DNA from: Octopus vulgaris | Taxonomy: Eukaryota | NCBI GenBank assembly: GCA_951406725.2 | Contig: OX597815.1 | Location: 110,918,001 to 110,982,000, forward strand | Direction of reading: 5' to 3' | Length of the DNA stretch: 64,000 nucleotides | Part shown: positions 26,775 through 40,320 of the stretch, piece after piece | How the letters are laid out: every line of letters starts with the position of its first letter | Numbering within the stretch: the stretch's first letter is position 1 | The notes under the pieces: generated by a model | Database searches by the model: none | What the model was told of the DNA's origin: nothing | What the model saw: the letters and a program-made list of their open reading frames with translations, nothing else | Program-made: the position numbers and the translations under genes

Positions 26775-27621
26775 GTTGGCAACTAAGTTCCCGCCGTTTT
26801 TATAAATTTTGGAACTTATTGCTTTTTAAATTTTGGAATCTATTTTTCTCAAGAATTCTATTTTTTAATCATTTTCGAATCTATTTTGTTTTTTTTCTAG
26901 TTAATTTTAGTTAATTTTTGCTTATTTTTAGATCATTAAAATGGAATGTCAACTTAAGAAAAACGAGCATTTTCGACAATTCCTTCTTTATGCTTTTAAT
27001 CAAGGTTCTAAGGCTGCAAAAGCTGCTCGCAACATTTGTGCTGTGTATGGAGAGGGTGCCATAGCTGAAAGAACCGCTCGTGATTAGTAAGCCAAGTTCA
27101 AAAGTGGAAGTTTTGAACTCAAAGACGCACCTCGTTCTGGCCGTCAGTTGAGTTCGATGAAGAGCGATTAAAGCAACATTTGCACGAAAATTCTCGTCAA
27201 ATGATAAGGGAACTGTCAGAGAAAATGGAATGCTCTCACACTGCTATAGAGAAGCATATTTACTCGATGAGAAAGGTTCAGAAGTATGAAGCATGAGTTC
27301 CGCATGCTTTAAGTGACAACAACAAAAATCAAAGGGCCACAATCTCCGCTGGTTTGCTTGCTCGTCACCTCTTTCGATCTCTTTCAAATGCTATGCGCGA
27401 AGTTTCGTTCAATACTGATGCAAAATTGAGAGCTTGCTTGGATCAATTTTTCGAGTCGAAATCGGGTGATTTCTACCAATGAGGTATTGAAAAACCTTGT
27501 TGAACGTTGGGAAGAAGTTGTAAACAACAAGGTTAAATTCATTATTGATTAATTAGTTATTTATTATTAAACCTTTAAAAAAATTTGAATTTAAAAATAC
27601 GACTGGAACTTAGTTGCCAAC

Positions 27622-27625
<4 letters not shown>
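26771..27625 (+). mobile_element. Internally deleted mariner transposon in (TA)n
   Basis: TIRs TTGGGTTGGCAACTAAGTTCC / GGAACTTAGTTGCCAACCTAA; relic EHFRQFLLYAFNQG...ICAVYGEGA...PRSGR with stops. Confidence 0.9.
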
Positions 27626-27662
<37 letters not shown>

Positions 27663-27681
27663 TTATATATATATATATATA

Positions 27682-28215
27682 CGAGCAAAACGCCCCCGTC
27701 CAATGGACGGTGCTGAGTTGTCAAACATTTAAACCAAATTTTTTCAAAACAACTTTTCCGACCGTCCCATAAGCCTCCCTCTTTGAGAAACCCTGATTTA
27801 ACTTAAATTTGAGACACCAGCAAAAGAAGAAGTGAAGATAGACTTTTTTCTATTCCAAAGAAAAACGATTTTATTCACACAAATATGCAACCGAAGAGTT
27901 TAAAGTACCAGTAATGATACGGCTGTTGACTGGGAGAACACAAACATGGTTTAAACAGTAAGCTTGGCAGGAAAGAAACGTGCCTTTAAGCAGTACAAAG
28001 CAACAAAAAATAGAAGGTGCAGTTATGTACAGGTTGACGGAAGAAAATCAGGACAAAAACGGCTTTATCGATCGCATTCTCACTTGTAATTTTTGTAATT
28101 TTTTCAAGACTTATACACACCCTGATACCGTGGGTATCTACATATCAAATTTGAGCGTAATCGGCTAAAGGATGCCCGAGATCCGAGAAGACATACAGAC
28201 AGACAGAACGGATTT

Positions 28216-28220
<5 letters not shown>
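27682..28220 (-). mobile_element. Non-autonomous Helitron-like element
   Basis: Minus-strand 3' hairpin CCGTCCATTGGACGG then CTCG|T end; (GACA)n near the 5' end; inside (TA)n. Confidence 0.6.
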
Positions 28221-28269
<49 letters not shown>

Positions 28270-28272
<3 letters not shown>

Positions 28273-29516
28273 AAATAATTTTGGAAAACAAATTTCCAAA
28301 TCAATCAGGTACAGCCTTTCAGCATTATATGCATCTATATATCGTACCTTGGGGTTTTATGTATCATATATTTATATAGTTATCTATAAATATACAAAGC
28401 ATCTGATAAAAGTCGGCATTAATTCAATTTTTAGGGATTAATCGATATGCGAGTATCCTATTTCAGATAATACAAAAAATAACCTAATGAGTAAATCTGA
28501 AAGTAAGCTCATGGTATCAGTTTGCACATCACGAAATAATAGTTAAAGGATGTAACCAAAATTACCAACAGAGAATATACTTCATTAAATGTCAGATTTA
28601 CAATTATTGCAACACATTTTCAGGTTCTTTGTCATAATATATATCTAATTTTACATCCCTTTAAAAAATAAGCAATACAATAAAGCATTAAAGATTTAAA
28701 ATTAAGAATTAGAAATTAAAAATATAAATTATATTTAGTAATATTAAGAATTAAAAATTAAAAATATAAATTATTCTTAGTAATATTAAGAATTAAAATT
28801 TATAAATTATACATTATAAATATAAATTAGTATATATATCAATCATGTAAAATCAAGTATATATCAAATACAGAATGTGATATATAAAATTATACATCAG
28901 AATAAAAATGCCTGTGTTTAATGTGACATATAACAAGAAAAATTCTCGTGTATTTTTGCTGGTACTAAAATAGTGATTAGAGGAAGAAGATAGCAGGGAA
29001 CTATGGGTATTTATAGGTGATTAGTACCAAAGTGGTAATTAAACTATACATAGTTTTAATTTTAAATTATCCTCTATTATTACCTATACTGGGAGATATA
29101 TATAGATAATTTGTTATTATATAATTTTAGTAATATTTAATTCATATATTTATTTAAATTATTGCATTATTTTTTTATTTATATAGTCTATTCAAGTGCT
29201 TTAGAAATAAAATTATGTAGTTATTTGATTCTGGGGTTGGGGATTCAGTACTTCATTTAATTCATCTCTAGACTGTAGTGGTTTCATAAATTATGTCATG
29301 CATAATAAAAACATTTTATTCCCAATATTATAGGAGTGGGCTCTATCTATAATATTCCAATTAAGGGTGTACTCTCTTTTTCTAGATTTTAATTCCCATA
29401 TATATTTACTTAAGCCTGTGGACTTACTTAAATTGAGATTTTTAAAGGTCTGGTAGTGTTGGGATATTCTTTCTTTAATTTCATTGATGTTGCTCCAATA
29501 TAGACCTTATTTTTAA

Positions 29517-29593
<77 letters not shown>

Positions 29594-30140
29594 GAGCTAA
29601 CTATACATTTATAAATTACATTACCGATATTACAATTATTAGAGATCTTACATTTAGATTTATCACGACATGAACATTTTTCTATATGTTGATAAAGACT
29701 TCTATCACTACCGGTTATAGTATGGCTAAAGTTATTATTTATTATGCTATTATAATAATTATTTAATTTCTTATTATTTATAGAGGAAGTGATATTGCCT
29801 ACATTTCTCGATGTTGAGTGTCCCACTCTTATGGTTTTATTGGAAACTATATTTGAATAACTATTGCCCCTTTAAAAAAAACATTTTTACTATTTAAGTG
29901 TCTCCTTAATAATATTAGTCATCACTTGAGTCCCATACATAATGATTAACCATATAATATCCTTTTAATTTTCATATTTTTTATATCATCATTATTAGTA
30001 GACATCATCGGTATTAAATTGTTATTCTTAGGTGTATAATATCTCTTCTTGTATACTTTACTGTTTCTTACTATTGCTCATATTCTCATTATCAATATTA
30101 CTATTATTATTTTAATCATTAATAACATCTATATCGTTTT
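28270..30140 (-). mobile_element. Degenerate Penelope-like element (Cys linker plus GIY-YIG endonuclease plus AT-rich 3' region)
   Basis: ORF 29428-29826: CSCRDKSKCKISNNC-NVIYKCIVS...KVYIG; downstream STGLSKYIWELK...LNWNII; 3' end at (TA)n. Confidence 0.8.
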
Positions 30141-30241
30141 TATCTTTATTTAGTTATATTGTCTTTTATTATTATTATTATTATTATTATTCATATGTTT
30201 ACTGTTAGATTTATTATTAGCTTTATTAGGAATACTTGTTA

Positions 30242-30299
<58 letters not shown>

Positions 30300-31167
30300 A
30301 TTATTATTCATGTGTTCATAATAATTAAAGAGTTGTTTATATTAGAGTTATATTCTGCTTCTTTTCCTGCTTTACAATTATATGGGACATGTCAAATTTC
30401 CTACAATACGGCCTCTTTGAAATTCAGACAGTTCCAAAGCTTCTTTTGTACTTGGCATGATTAAACAGTCATATATAGAGCCTGAAGCATAAAAATGTCA
30501 TTTAATAAAAAATATAAATCTTTTCAAGTTAAAATAAGCATAAAACGATGTTTTATGGGCTGTCTATTTACTTCTGTCATATCTGTGTATGTTCTCTTCT
30601 TAGACCTTTTACTACCAATGGAGGCCCTGTCAGCATTATTAGATTCTCAGAAATATTACTCTGAGAGTCATCAGAGCACGCAAAATCTCCCTCACCATAA
30701 ATAACAAACATGAAATGACCCACCCCACACACACACACACGCAAACACACCACATACACACAGACGCTTGCACGCGCACAACACCACACACACACACACG
30801 TACACGCATTATGATATAGGTATCTCTTTTCCTATATTGAGATGGCTTCCAGGCTTCCATGCCAGCTGACTTTTCTCAGCTACAAATTTAGACATTATGT
30901 TTTCCAACACTGTTGACTGTTCACCATTAGACCAAGCTGAAATATGGAGACAAAGAATATCGTCAAATTTAGTCTGAACACTCTGTATTTATAGACATTT
31001 TTTCTGGTTTTTATATCCTTTCTGTTCCTGTTTTGTTTTTACAGTGCCTGATCCTTTGTTATAAAAATATGTTCTTTGCATCTATTTATCAATTGCGAAG
31101 AGAGCCATGGCACTGGTAAAACTTTGAAAGATATAACAAGAAGTTTTCGTTTTTATATAGATATATA

Positions 31168-31328
31168 GGCACAGGAGTGGCTGTAAGGTAAGTAAGTTGC
31201 TTACCAACCACATGGTTCCGGTTCAGTCCACTGCGTGACACTTTGGGCAAGTATCTTCTAGTGTAACCTTGAGCCGACCAAATCCTTGTGAGTGGATTTG
31301 GTATACGGAAACTGAAAGAAGCCCGTCG

Positions 31329-31360
<32 letters not shown>

Positions 31361-31560
31361 TTGGTTGTCTGTTTGTCCACCCACTATCGCGTGACAACCG
31401 ATGCTGGTGTGTTTATATCACCGTAACTTAGTGGTTCGGCGAAAGAGCCCGATAGAATAAGTACAAGGCTTGGAAAGAATAAGTCCTGGGGCCGATTTGT
31501 TCGAGTAAAGGCTGTGTTCCATCATGGCTGCAGTCAGATGACTGAAACAATTAAAAAAGA
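31168..31560 (+). mobile_element. Full-length tRNA/CORE SINE with CR1-like tail
   Basis: GGCACAGGAGTGGCTG head, TTGGGCAAGT core, internal (TA)n, ATGGCTGCAGTC..GACTGAAAC tail. Confidence 0.85.
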
Positions 31561-32619
31561 AGAAATGAATAAAATAATATAAACACTACTAGACTTAGTT
31601 TGGTTTTAAAACCCGTCTATCAATAATTCATAAAAGAACAGAGGAACCTGGAAAAGAACAGCTTCAATTAGTAGGTGAACTTGAAGAACAACAATAGATA
31701 CTCACCTTCACGAATCGTCGTTGAAAGAAGGAAAGTACTGCCTTCCGGCACAGAACATAGACATATCGGATTATATTTTTCGAAGCAGATATTTATATAT
31801 TTTATTATTTATTTTACAAACTTCATAATTTTATTTTCAATAGAAATTGTGATTTATTTTACTTTAACAGCGCTTTCAGACATGAATTACTTCTGAATGC
31901 AGAATAAATGTTTGCACGACTAAAAACGGCTTATGCGCTGAATTGATATAGTTCATTATATGATAATCACTTGCAAAAATATACATCGAAGTTACAGTCA
32001 AACTTTCGAAAATCTAGTAACTTTTAACGGACATTAACCTTTAAGTGATGTAATATATGACTTCTCACGAAGCTCTATTTCGAACGACTCTGGTCAATGT
32101 GTCAACAACATTCAGTAACTGATCACGAATCACGAATTAAAAGAACATATGACTGTCTGAGTGCTCCTACCACACGCATAGTAAAACAGTGTTCTTATTC
32201 AGCTATCTGTTCTAAACTGTCTTCGCTATCAGACACTTAAGCGTTCATATAGGCTATTATAGGTTTGATCGGATTAAAATCTTTTTATGTGTCAGTATAA
32301 TGAAATAAAATACCGAATGACGACTGAAAAAAGTGTTTCATTTTATTTTTTTAAAAATGTGTTTAATACAATTATGAAACTTCTTTAAGTATTTGTAAAC
32401 ATGATAAGCAACAAATGACTTATTTTACCTCAAATAAATTCCATTAATCTTAAATTTTCTGTTCATCAGCTGCTAAAAAAAGAGAGGAAAAAGGAAAAAT
32501 TAAACAGAATACACAATCGTAAAACGGTTTCGGTATTTTTCTTCAGTGTTTCAATCACTATCAGTACAATTAGCCAAATAAACTGCTTAAAAAACTGCTA
32601 CATACAATAAATCAACCGA

Positions 32620-33220
32620 TAAATTATAATTTAGTTTACTGATTTTGATTTCATCTCTTACGATCAAACGTTCGTGCATAGCATAGTTTTCTGTGCAAAG
32701 TGTGATGAAAACTCAAAACACCAGCGTGTTTGAGAAAAAAATGCGTTTCTAACAGAGGGAATTTGTAAATAGGAAAAAACTTGTCAGAAACACCAAGTCT
32801 ATGAATGTCACCCTGCTGTTAATGAACTGGAATGCTGAACTTTGAAAGTAGTAAATAATGTTACAAAATACTTGGATGAAAATGCAAGAAAGTATATGCA
32901 ATCTTTACTGTATAATAAAACTTTTCTGTGCATTTCCTTTGCCAACAGAGAATAGCTTCTCAAGAAAATACTGAAGAAGTTTCTAAAGTGTATAACCTCG
33001 TAATATGGAAATGGAAAAGATTGTTCTGATCTTCAAGTGCGGAACAACAAAGGAGTTGAAAGATATCTGAATTACGCTATACAAGATATCGGTGAAGAAT
33101 GACCTAACAGTGATTTTAATTTTCGGTGTAGGATCAAAGCAGAAAGGAAGAATAAAATACTTCTGAATAGAGTTCCTGCAGAGTTCGCTTGCCAACATGA
33201 AAATAAGTAAAAGAAGTAGT
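32620..33220 (+). pseudogene. Possible highly decayed hAT (ZMYM1/TTF-finger-like) transposase relic
   Basis: Fragments FCAKC, AFLTEG, HQVYECH, NRE*LLK recall TTF-type zinc-finger transposases; multiple frameshifts needed. Confidence 0.3.
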
Positions 33221-33434
33221 TTAATGGTAAACTGAGTTGAATAATAAAGTATTAGTATGGTTGTTACGACTAATTTTCTTAGAATGGCATTGTATAATTG
33301 CTACTATATAATGCAAAGTTTACAAAATTTTATGAAAGCCTTCCAATCCAACCAGTCGCCAGATATTACAAGATGCGGTGACATAGAAATTGACAGTACC
33401 AAAATGATTTTTTCATTCATCTTTTAATATTCCT

Positions 33435-34450
33435 TTCTAATATAGGCACAAGAAATTTTAGGAGAGTAGGCATATCGATTATATGGACCTTGCCTTTCAT
33501 CCTTTGGGGGCGATACAATAAGTATCAGCTAAGCAACGAGGTCAATGTAATCGACTTACCCCTTCTCAAACCTGCTGTGCTAAAATTTGAAAGCCCAGCA
33601 ATTTCAAGGGTGGGAACGTGCCGGTTACTTCGACCTTAGTATTCAATTGGCATTTATTTTTATCGACCATCGGCGGCATTTAATATCAGATCTTTAAGAC
33701 GAGTGAAATGCCGCTAAGCATTTAGCCCAAAATACTAAATGTTCTACCAGCCACAAGCAATCTTTTTTAATATTAATATGCATTAAGTTAGCGAGCTGAC
33801 AGAATTGTTCACGTGCCGGACGTCATGCTTAGCACCGTTTAGTTCACCTTTACGTTCTAAGTTCAAATTTCGCGAGGGTCTACTTCGCCTTTTATCCTTT
33901 CGGCGTCATAAAATGAGTATCAGTTGAGTTCTTGGGTCGACGTAATCAATTTACCCCACCCCCGAAATTGTTGGCCTTGTGCCAAAATTTAAAAACAATA
34001 TTAACATACATTAAGTCAGTGAGCTGGCAGAATCGTTAGCATGCCGGACGAAATGCTTAGTAGAATTTCTTTCGATTTTGCACTCTGAGTTCAAATTCCG
34101 CCGAGGTCGATTTTGCCGATCATGCTTTTAGGGGTCGATAAAATAAAAGTAATCGCTTAGTTCTCTATCCCCCAAATCCCAGGCGTTGTACGTTATGAAG
34201 AAAAATATCATCATCTTTCATATTAATTTATAGGTTAATATGTATTCTTTTCTACTCTAGGCACAAGGCTCGAAATTTTTGTGGAGGGGGCCAGTCGATT
34301 ACATCGACTCCAGTACACAATGGTACTTAATTTATCGATCCCGAAAGGATGAAAGGCAAAGTCTACCTCGGCGGAATTTGAGCTCAGAGAGACGAAATAC
34401 CTATTTCTTTACTATCCACAAGGAGCTAAACACAGAGAGGACAAACAAGT
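33435..34450. mobile_element. Cluster of about five Nin/Deu-domain SINE copies in both orientations
   Basis: Repeated GAGCTGRCAGAATYGTT heads and CCTTTCATCCTTT cores. Confidence 0.8.
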
Positions 34451-34530
34451 GTACGACCATAAGGACAACACATTCAGGTTAGACTGGATGTGTTATATTC
34501 GTCACAAAGGTTGCTTCTGTAACTAATTCC

Positions 34531-34568
<38 letters not shown>

Positions 34569-34719
34569 GCACACACACATACACACATACATACACACAT
34601 ATATAGTAATTACTAATATCAAAGGGTAATCTGAAATATTAGAAATTTCCATTACCAGTGGGCCTAGCGTGTAAAAATTTAGCCAACAGACAATATTTTA
34701 TTCATATAAATACAGTATC

Positions 34720-35107
34720 CATCATAGGGCTACCTATACACTAGAGAGAATAGTTAAATTTAAAACCACTATTAGGGATAAAATTTCGAAGGGAATGAAA
34801 AATAAAAACATCTATCATCTAACTCTTGGACCAAGAGTTAGCAAATGAAATAATTTGCTAGGCGAAGCCTTCTTGGCAGGTACATCTTAGATTAAATATA
34901 TATACACGAGGCAATCCAATTCTAAGATGTACCTGCTGAAGAAAGCTTCGCCTAGCAAATTATTTTATTTCCTAAAAAAGTCTGAAACTGTTGGTCCAGG
35001 AGCTAGATAGTAAAGGTTTTTATTTTTCATTCCCTTCGAAATTTTATCCCTAATAGTGGTTTGGAATTTAACTGTACTCTCTAGCGTGCAGGTAGTCCTA
35101 TGATTGA
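34720..35107. repeat. Palindromic element (arms ~34720-34893 and 34921-35107)
   Basis: Direct reverse-complement match, flanked by TA-type microsatellites. Confidence 0.85.
34932..35000 (+). ncRNA. Type I hammerhead ribozyme motif, extended stem II
   Basis: cctg-CTGAAGA-[41 nt]-GAAAC-tgttg-GTC-cagg; stem I cctg/cagg. Confidence 0.7.
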
Positions 35108-35254
35108 TGCCTCTAATGTGTTTAAATGTACACTGCATATATATATATATATATATCGTCAGGATTCCTCTCTCGACCTTGGTGACGTAGTCTAAAGAAG
35201 TGCAGAGCATTACGTTTGGCACTAGCTTAGTTGCAGGAACTGCTATAAATATAT

Positions 35255-35663
35255 CTTTTTCTTCTACTCTCTTTTACTTGTTTCAGTCATTTGACTGCGG
35301 CCATGCTGGAGCACTGCCTTTAGTCGAGCAGATCGACCCCGGGACTTATTCTTTGTAAGCCCAGTACTTATTCTATCGGTCTCTTTTGCCGAACCGCTAA
35401 GTGACGGGGCCATAAACACACCAGCATCGGTTGTCAAGCAATGCTAGGGGGACAAACACAGACACACAAACATATACACACATACATATATATATACATA
35501 TATAGGACAGGCTTCTTTCAGTTTCCGTCTACCAAATCCACTCACAAGGCATTGGTCGGCCCGGGGCTATAGCAAAAGACACTTGCCCAAGATGCCACGC
35601 AGTGGGACTGAACCCGGAACCATGTGGTTAATAAGCAAGCTACTTATCACACAGCCACTCCTG
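35255..35663 (-). mobile_element. Full-length tRNA/CORE SINE with CR1-like tail
   Basis: Reverse complement of the 31168/58156 family. Confidence 0.9.
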
Positions 35664-35688
35664 TGTATATATATATATATATATATAT

Positions 35689-35790
35689 AAGGATGCGATT
35701 AATAAATTGTCACCATTTTATATTTTTTCTTTTGTGCATGCGCATTGTTTGTGTTTCATTTTGTCGGCTACACAGTATAGTAGAAACGAC
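35689..35790 (+). mobile_element. Truncated left end of the transposon family at 36192-36953
   Basis: Reverse complement of ~36850-36950. Confidence 0.7.
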
Positions 35791-35809
35791 ATGCTGTACT
35801 CTCTCCCTT

Positions 35810-35861
<52 letters not shown>

Positions 35862-35884
35862 ATGGACTCTCGCGTTGTTAGATC

Positions 35885-36160
35885 ACATATGGGGGTTCAA
35901 CGATTTCTTACCGAACAACCATACAGATGTTTTGTTCATAGTGATTAAAAGTTTGTGTACACATAAGCTCACGCCCTCCATCATATCGACATTACCTGTA
36001 CATGTTCAATGGGTATCACATGTCAGATGTCGAAATGATCGCAGAGCATCGTGAAATGAAGTGCTTTGCTGAAGAACACCATGGAACGCCCGGTCTGGGA
36101 ATGGAAACCACGATTTCACAATCGTGAGTGCAACGTCTAAACCACTAAGCCATGCACCTT
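35885..36160 (-). mobile_element. tRNA-headed CORE SINE (second family)
   Basis: Minus strand GGTGCATGGCTTAGTGG...GTGGTTTCCATTCCC head plus CAGCAAAGCACTTCATTTCAC core. Confidence 0.65.
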
Positions 36161-36191
36161 CCCACACATACATACACACACAGAAATATAG

Positions 36192-36949
36192 AAGATGCGG
36201 TTAATAAACTCTCATCTAAATTACGCAAAAACGAAAATATCCTGAAATGCTAAAGAGTAAATTTATTCAATAAAACCGCCATTAGTTTCAACAACGGCCT
36301 CCAGACGACTTCGGAGTTTCCTGAAACTCTTCTGGATAGTCTCCTTGTTTAAGTTGATGTATGCTGCCATAACCCTTACCTTCAGTTCATTTTATGGTTT
36401 CACAAGGGGTTTTGTTGGTCTCTCATTCAACTGTGCCCCATACCTAATAATCAAGGGGCTTGCAGTCTGGGGAGTTAGGTGTCCAAATGTTAGTGGTGGT
36501 GGGATCTCAGAAATTGTCTGACAGCCATGACTGGGTTCTCCTGCTTCTGTGACATGGTGCAGCATCCTGCTGTCAGACATAGGGTCTTCCAGCAGCTACC
36601 CTCTTGACCCAGGACTGCCCTACCTCCTTCAGGTACTTGATGTAGGCCTCCGTGTTACGTTTGAGGCCTTATGGGAAGATGAATGGAGGCATAACGTCAC
36701 CATCACTAGTGGACACTTCTAACATCATGATGTTGACTGGATGTTTGATTTTTATCACTCTCGGTACATGTCCTCAGGATACACTGTCTTCAGATTGATA
36801 CCCAAATATTCTGAAACGTGCGTATTAGAGCTTCCGGCGGCGGCTTGCAGTCTGTCGTTTCTATTATACTGTATAGCCGACAAAATGAAACAAACAATGC
36901 GCATGCACAATATTAAAAATATAAAATGGTGACAATTTACTAATCGCAC

Positions 36950-36953
<4 letters not shown>
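36192..36953 (-). mobile_element. Internally deleted Tc1/mariner (DD37D/maT-like) transposon
   Basis: KHPVNIMML...DGDVMPPFIFP...QQDAAPCH...WTPNSPDCKPLDY; imperfect TIRs. Confidence 0.85.
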
Positions 36954-36996
<43 letters not shown>

Positions 36997-37004
36997 ATAG
37001 ATAT

Positions 37005-37240
37005 ACAGCAGCTCCTGCAACCAAGCTGGTGTCAATGCTCTACACTCCTTTGGACTACGTCAGCAAGGTCGAGAGAGGAATCCTGACGATTGGGCTACCC
37101 AGGATTTTCTTACATCTAGCCCAGGCCTGCGCAAAACTGGAGAGGAAACTGAAGAGGACATGAAATGTCAAAAGCAAACTGCATTCGTTTATGCGCAACT
37201 CCATTGTCTCCCGAGACAAAAGGATGCCAAGAACAACAAC
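37005..37240 (+). repeat. Structured interspersed repeat (inverted partial copy at 35155-35245), possible Penelope-like terminal repeat
   Basis: Hairpins CGTCAG/CTGACG and TGGGCTA/TAGCCCA; CTGAAGA-GGACA-TGAAA-TGTC decayed hammerhead-like motif. Confidence 0.5.
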
Positions 37241-39728
37241 AACAACAATATATATATATATGGTAGTTGTCTACTCTTTATGCAGAATTTCACCACCTCC
37301 TGCACCTACACCTTAGAATTACCATGTCATCTGATGTGGCTTTTTAACCCAGACAATGTTTTGAAAAACACCCACGTAGATTGCATATCCGATTTGTCTC
37401 ACCAAGAACTACAGTAAAGTTCTCATTTTGGGGGATATCAAAATTTCTTTTCAGGCCTCACTTAGATTTGCAAACGTTTTAGTATACATTGTATTGAAAG
37501 ATGTGCACAGGCATATAGACAGAATAGTTGGTGGAGTCTCCTATTCTATGGGTTCGCAAATGAGATTTGAGCCCCAGAAAGGCGACCTGTCACAAACTGT
37601 CCACACAAAAAGTTCATTGTGATTCGCCTTCTCGATCGTAACATTCTTCTTTAAACCTCTCTTAAGTCTTTCATGCATGCATTATCCTGGCCTATTCAAA
37701 CGGTTTCACTCCACTACGCACTTTTGTTCACCAGACAAGGCTTAACAAGCTAATATTTTGCCAAATAAGTGGATTAGAACGAAGATGCTCAACGGAGTAC
37801 CCTTTGTATTTACTAGACGTCACACAAGTCAGTTTTTAAAAATTCTGTCTGTAGATTCTATAAAATTTTGAAAATGAAATGTATTTTGCTAAACGCTGGC
37901 CTTATAGTAATTTCATTCAATGTGCGTTTTAACTTTTGAGATTCCTAGCATATGCATGCATAATACGTAAATACAGACGTACGTACGCGTGTATGTATGT
38001 ATGTATGTATGTATGTATGTATGTATGTATGTATGTATGTATGTATGCATGTATGTATGCGTGTATGTATGTATGTATGTATGTATGTATGTATGTATGT
38101 ATGTATGTATGTATGTATGTATGTATGTATGTATGCGTGTATATGTTGTGTATGTGTGCATTTATAACTAAAATCATCAGACGCAAAAATAGAAGTGACT
38201 GAAAGCCAAATACTGAGACAATATATGTTAAAAAGTAAATATGTCTTTGAGTTCAACGTTTTGCAAGGTGTTCTTGTCAAATAGGAAATATGTGAAAAGT
38301 ATATTTGTTTATATTGAAAGGATGATTAGTTGATATAGATATAAATGAGTGGATTTTATAAAGGAAAAGAGAAAATATAAAATATAGGAAGGGTTCGATA
38401 CGCATGAAAATCAAATGGAATCCTTGCGATAAAAGGGCCAATAATTAAATAGGTGGCAGGAAAAAGAATAAATAGAGTATGCCCCGAGTAACAATCTGAA
38501 GTTAGAAATAAATTAAGGAAGCAATTGTGGTCATCATACTACTTAATATACAGTGCTGCACTTAACTATCAGTATGAAAATCTGAAGCATAGAATCTCAA
38601 AATCTAAGAGTCCTCTGGCTAATTCTAGTGATAAAAGTGTGGAAATTACAGGCGTCACATGAGTGAAACAAAATAATCTTGGCTGTCTTTCACCTAAATA
38701 TGGCCCTGATATCATAGTACTGAGTTCAATTCAAAGTAAGATCCTTAAATAGGTTGATCAAGAAATGAAATAAATGAAAATCAAAGAATTACGAACGAAT
38801 ATAAGAGTAACTATCTGAAGTTAGAAATAAATGAAGGTGGCAATAGTAATTAGCTTACCTATCTACGAGGTTATAAATACAGGGAAAATGAAAGAAGCGT
38901 GGTCACTTAGTGAAGGTGGCAAAGTTATCTGTTCAAACTGACAATTGCTGTGATAAATAAAGAGTATTTATTTCATAATTTCATAATTTACAGTGATAAT
39001 ATTTGTGAAAAAAGGCAAATAATTGAAGGAGACAGATGTATGTAAGTGGGTCAGCATAGAAATTGAAATATAAAGAATTTGGCGAGAGAAGAATGAATAA
39101 AAGATAGAATTCGATCCATATATACAAAGAATATAGTTATTATACAGATATGCAAATTAGTATTTAAAGATGTATATATGCATACATACATATATAGGTA
39201 CTCAAATAGTCACAGAGATATTTAAACGTAAACACGGAGTACGCAAATATTCATTCCTCCAGGCAATACTTAAACGTCTTTTTGTGAGATAACCTCCTAT
39301 TAAATCTGTAAATAAACGGGTATTCGATGTTTCAAGCTTTCGCTATTCCAATTTTTAGGTCATTTGAATTCGGTCTCATCGCCTTCGATTTTCTCGCATA
39401 CGATTGTAGAACGACTGTGCGAAAAGAAGATGGTGAAGAATGAATGACTCCTTTAAACACTGCACGGTCACCTTACAATAAAAGCTAAAAATAAGGATAA
39501 ATGAATTCAAGTGCCAGAATGAATAAGGAAGGCGACACAACCGTTAGAATGTAAGAGAAAGGTTTTATTTAGATGTCAACATGTGGGTAGCAGAGTGTGT
39601 GTCTGTGTGTTCGTGAGTGCGACATAAGTACGTACATAATAATAATAGATATGGCTATCAAGCATGCAATAATGTGTATGTGTGTACAATCAAGGGTGTG
39701 AGATAAAATACAGAGCAAAGAAAGTGTC

Positions 39729-40320
39729 TATAACAGGACGCTAGAAGATCAGACACAAGATGGAGTTAGATACCACTCCGTAGTAACGAGGTCACAAGGC
39801 AGAACCGGTTACTACGCGTGTAGAGGTTGTGGCTTCTATGCTGTGTAGGGTTACTTGGTACAGAGTGTCCTCGCAGGTAGACTTGCTGTTAACTATGGTG
39901 AGTATTCACAAACAGCGTGAAGTTAAACCTAAGCGAGTGGCTGTGGCGTCGTTAAGATGAAGGCGACGATGGCGAAGGTCCTGAAATACTGCTGTTGTTG
40001 GTGTCGCAGTCGTTGGAACTGGCTGAGCCGCTGGAACTGGCTGTGTGTCGCTGGTAGCTCTGTGGTCAGAGGTTAGTCCTTAGAAGGACTAGAACCAAAG
40101 ACGCACGATTCGATGAATCGCTGTATTTTATAGCAATCTAGTAGGTTCAAACCAAGCATTTAGAAGACTGTGTCACGGGACCTTATCAGAAGGCTGCGAT
40201 TGGTTGGGTCGCACATTGGTGCGAAATAAAGCAAGAGACAAACTGCACCAAAACCAATCAATCAGAGTAGTGGACACAACTGGGCCTAAGCTACTGAAGG
40301 TTAACTATTATCTGCTACGT
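39729..40320 (-). mobile_element. Probable solo LTR
   Basis: Higher-GC block with near TG...CA ends, minus-strand TATAAAA (~40126-40132) and CCAAT boxes upstream; no TSD verified. Confidence 0.4.

Noticed and set aside
28600-30560. Hammerhead remnants near the Penelope-like relic (~28610 minus, ~30482 plus)
   Set aside because: Too decayed; cores incomplete
38486-38845. ~40-bp direct repeat about 320 bp apart
   Set aside because: Short and degenerate; no element boundaries or motifs definable
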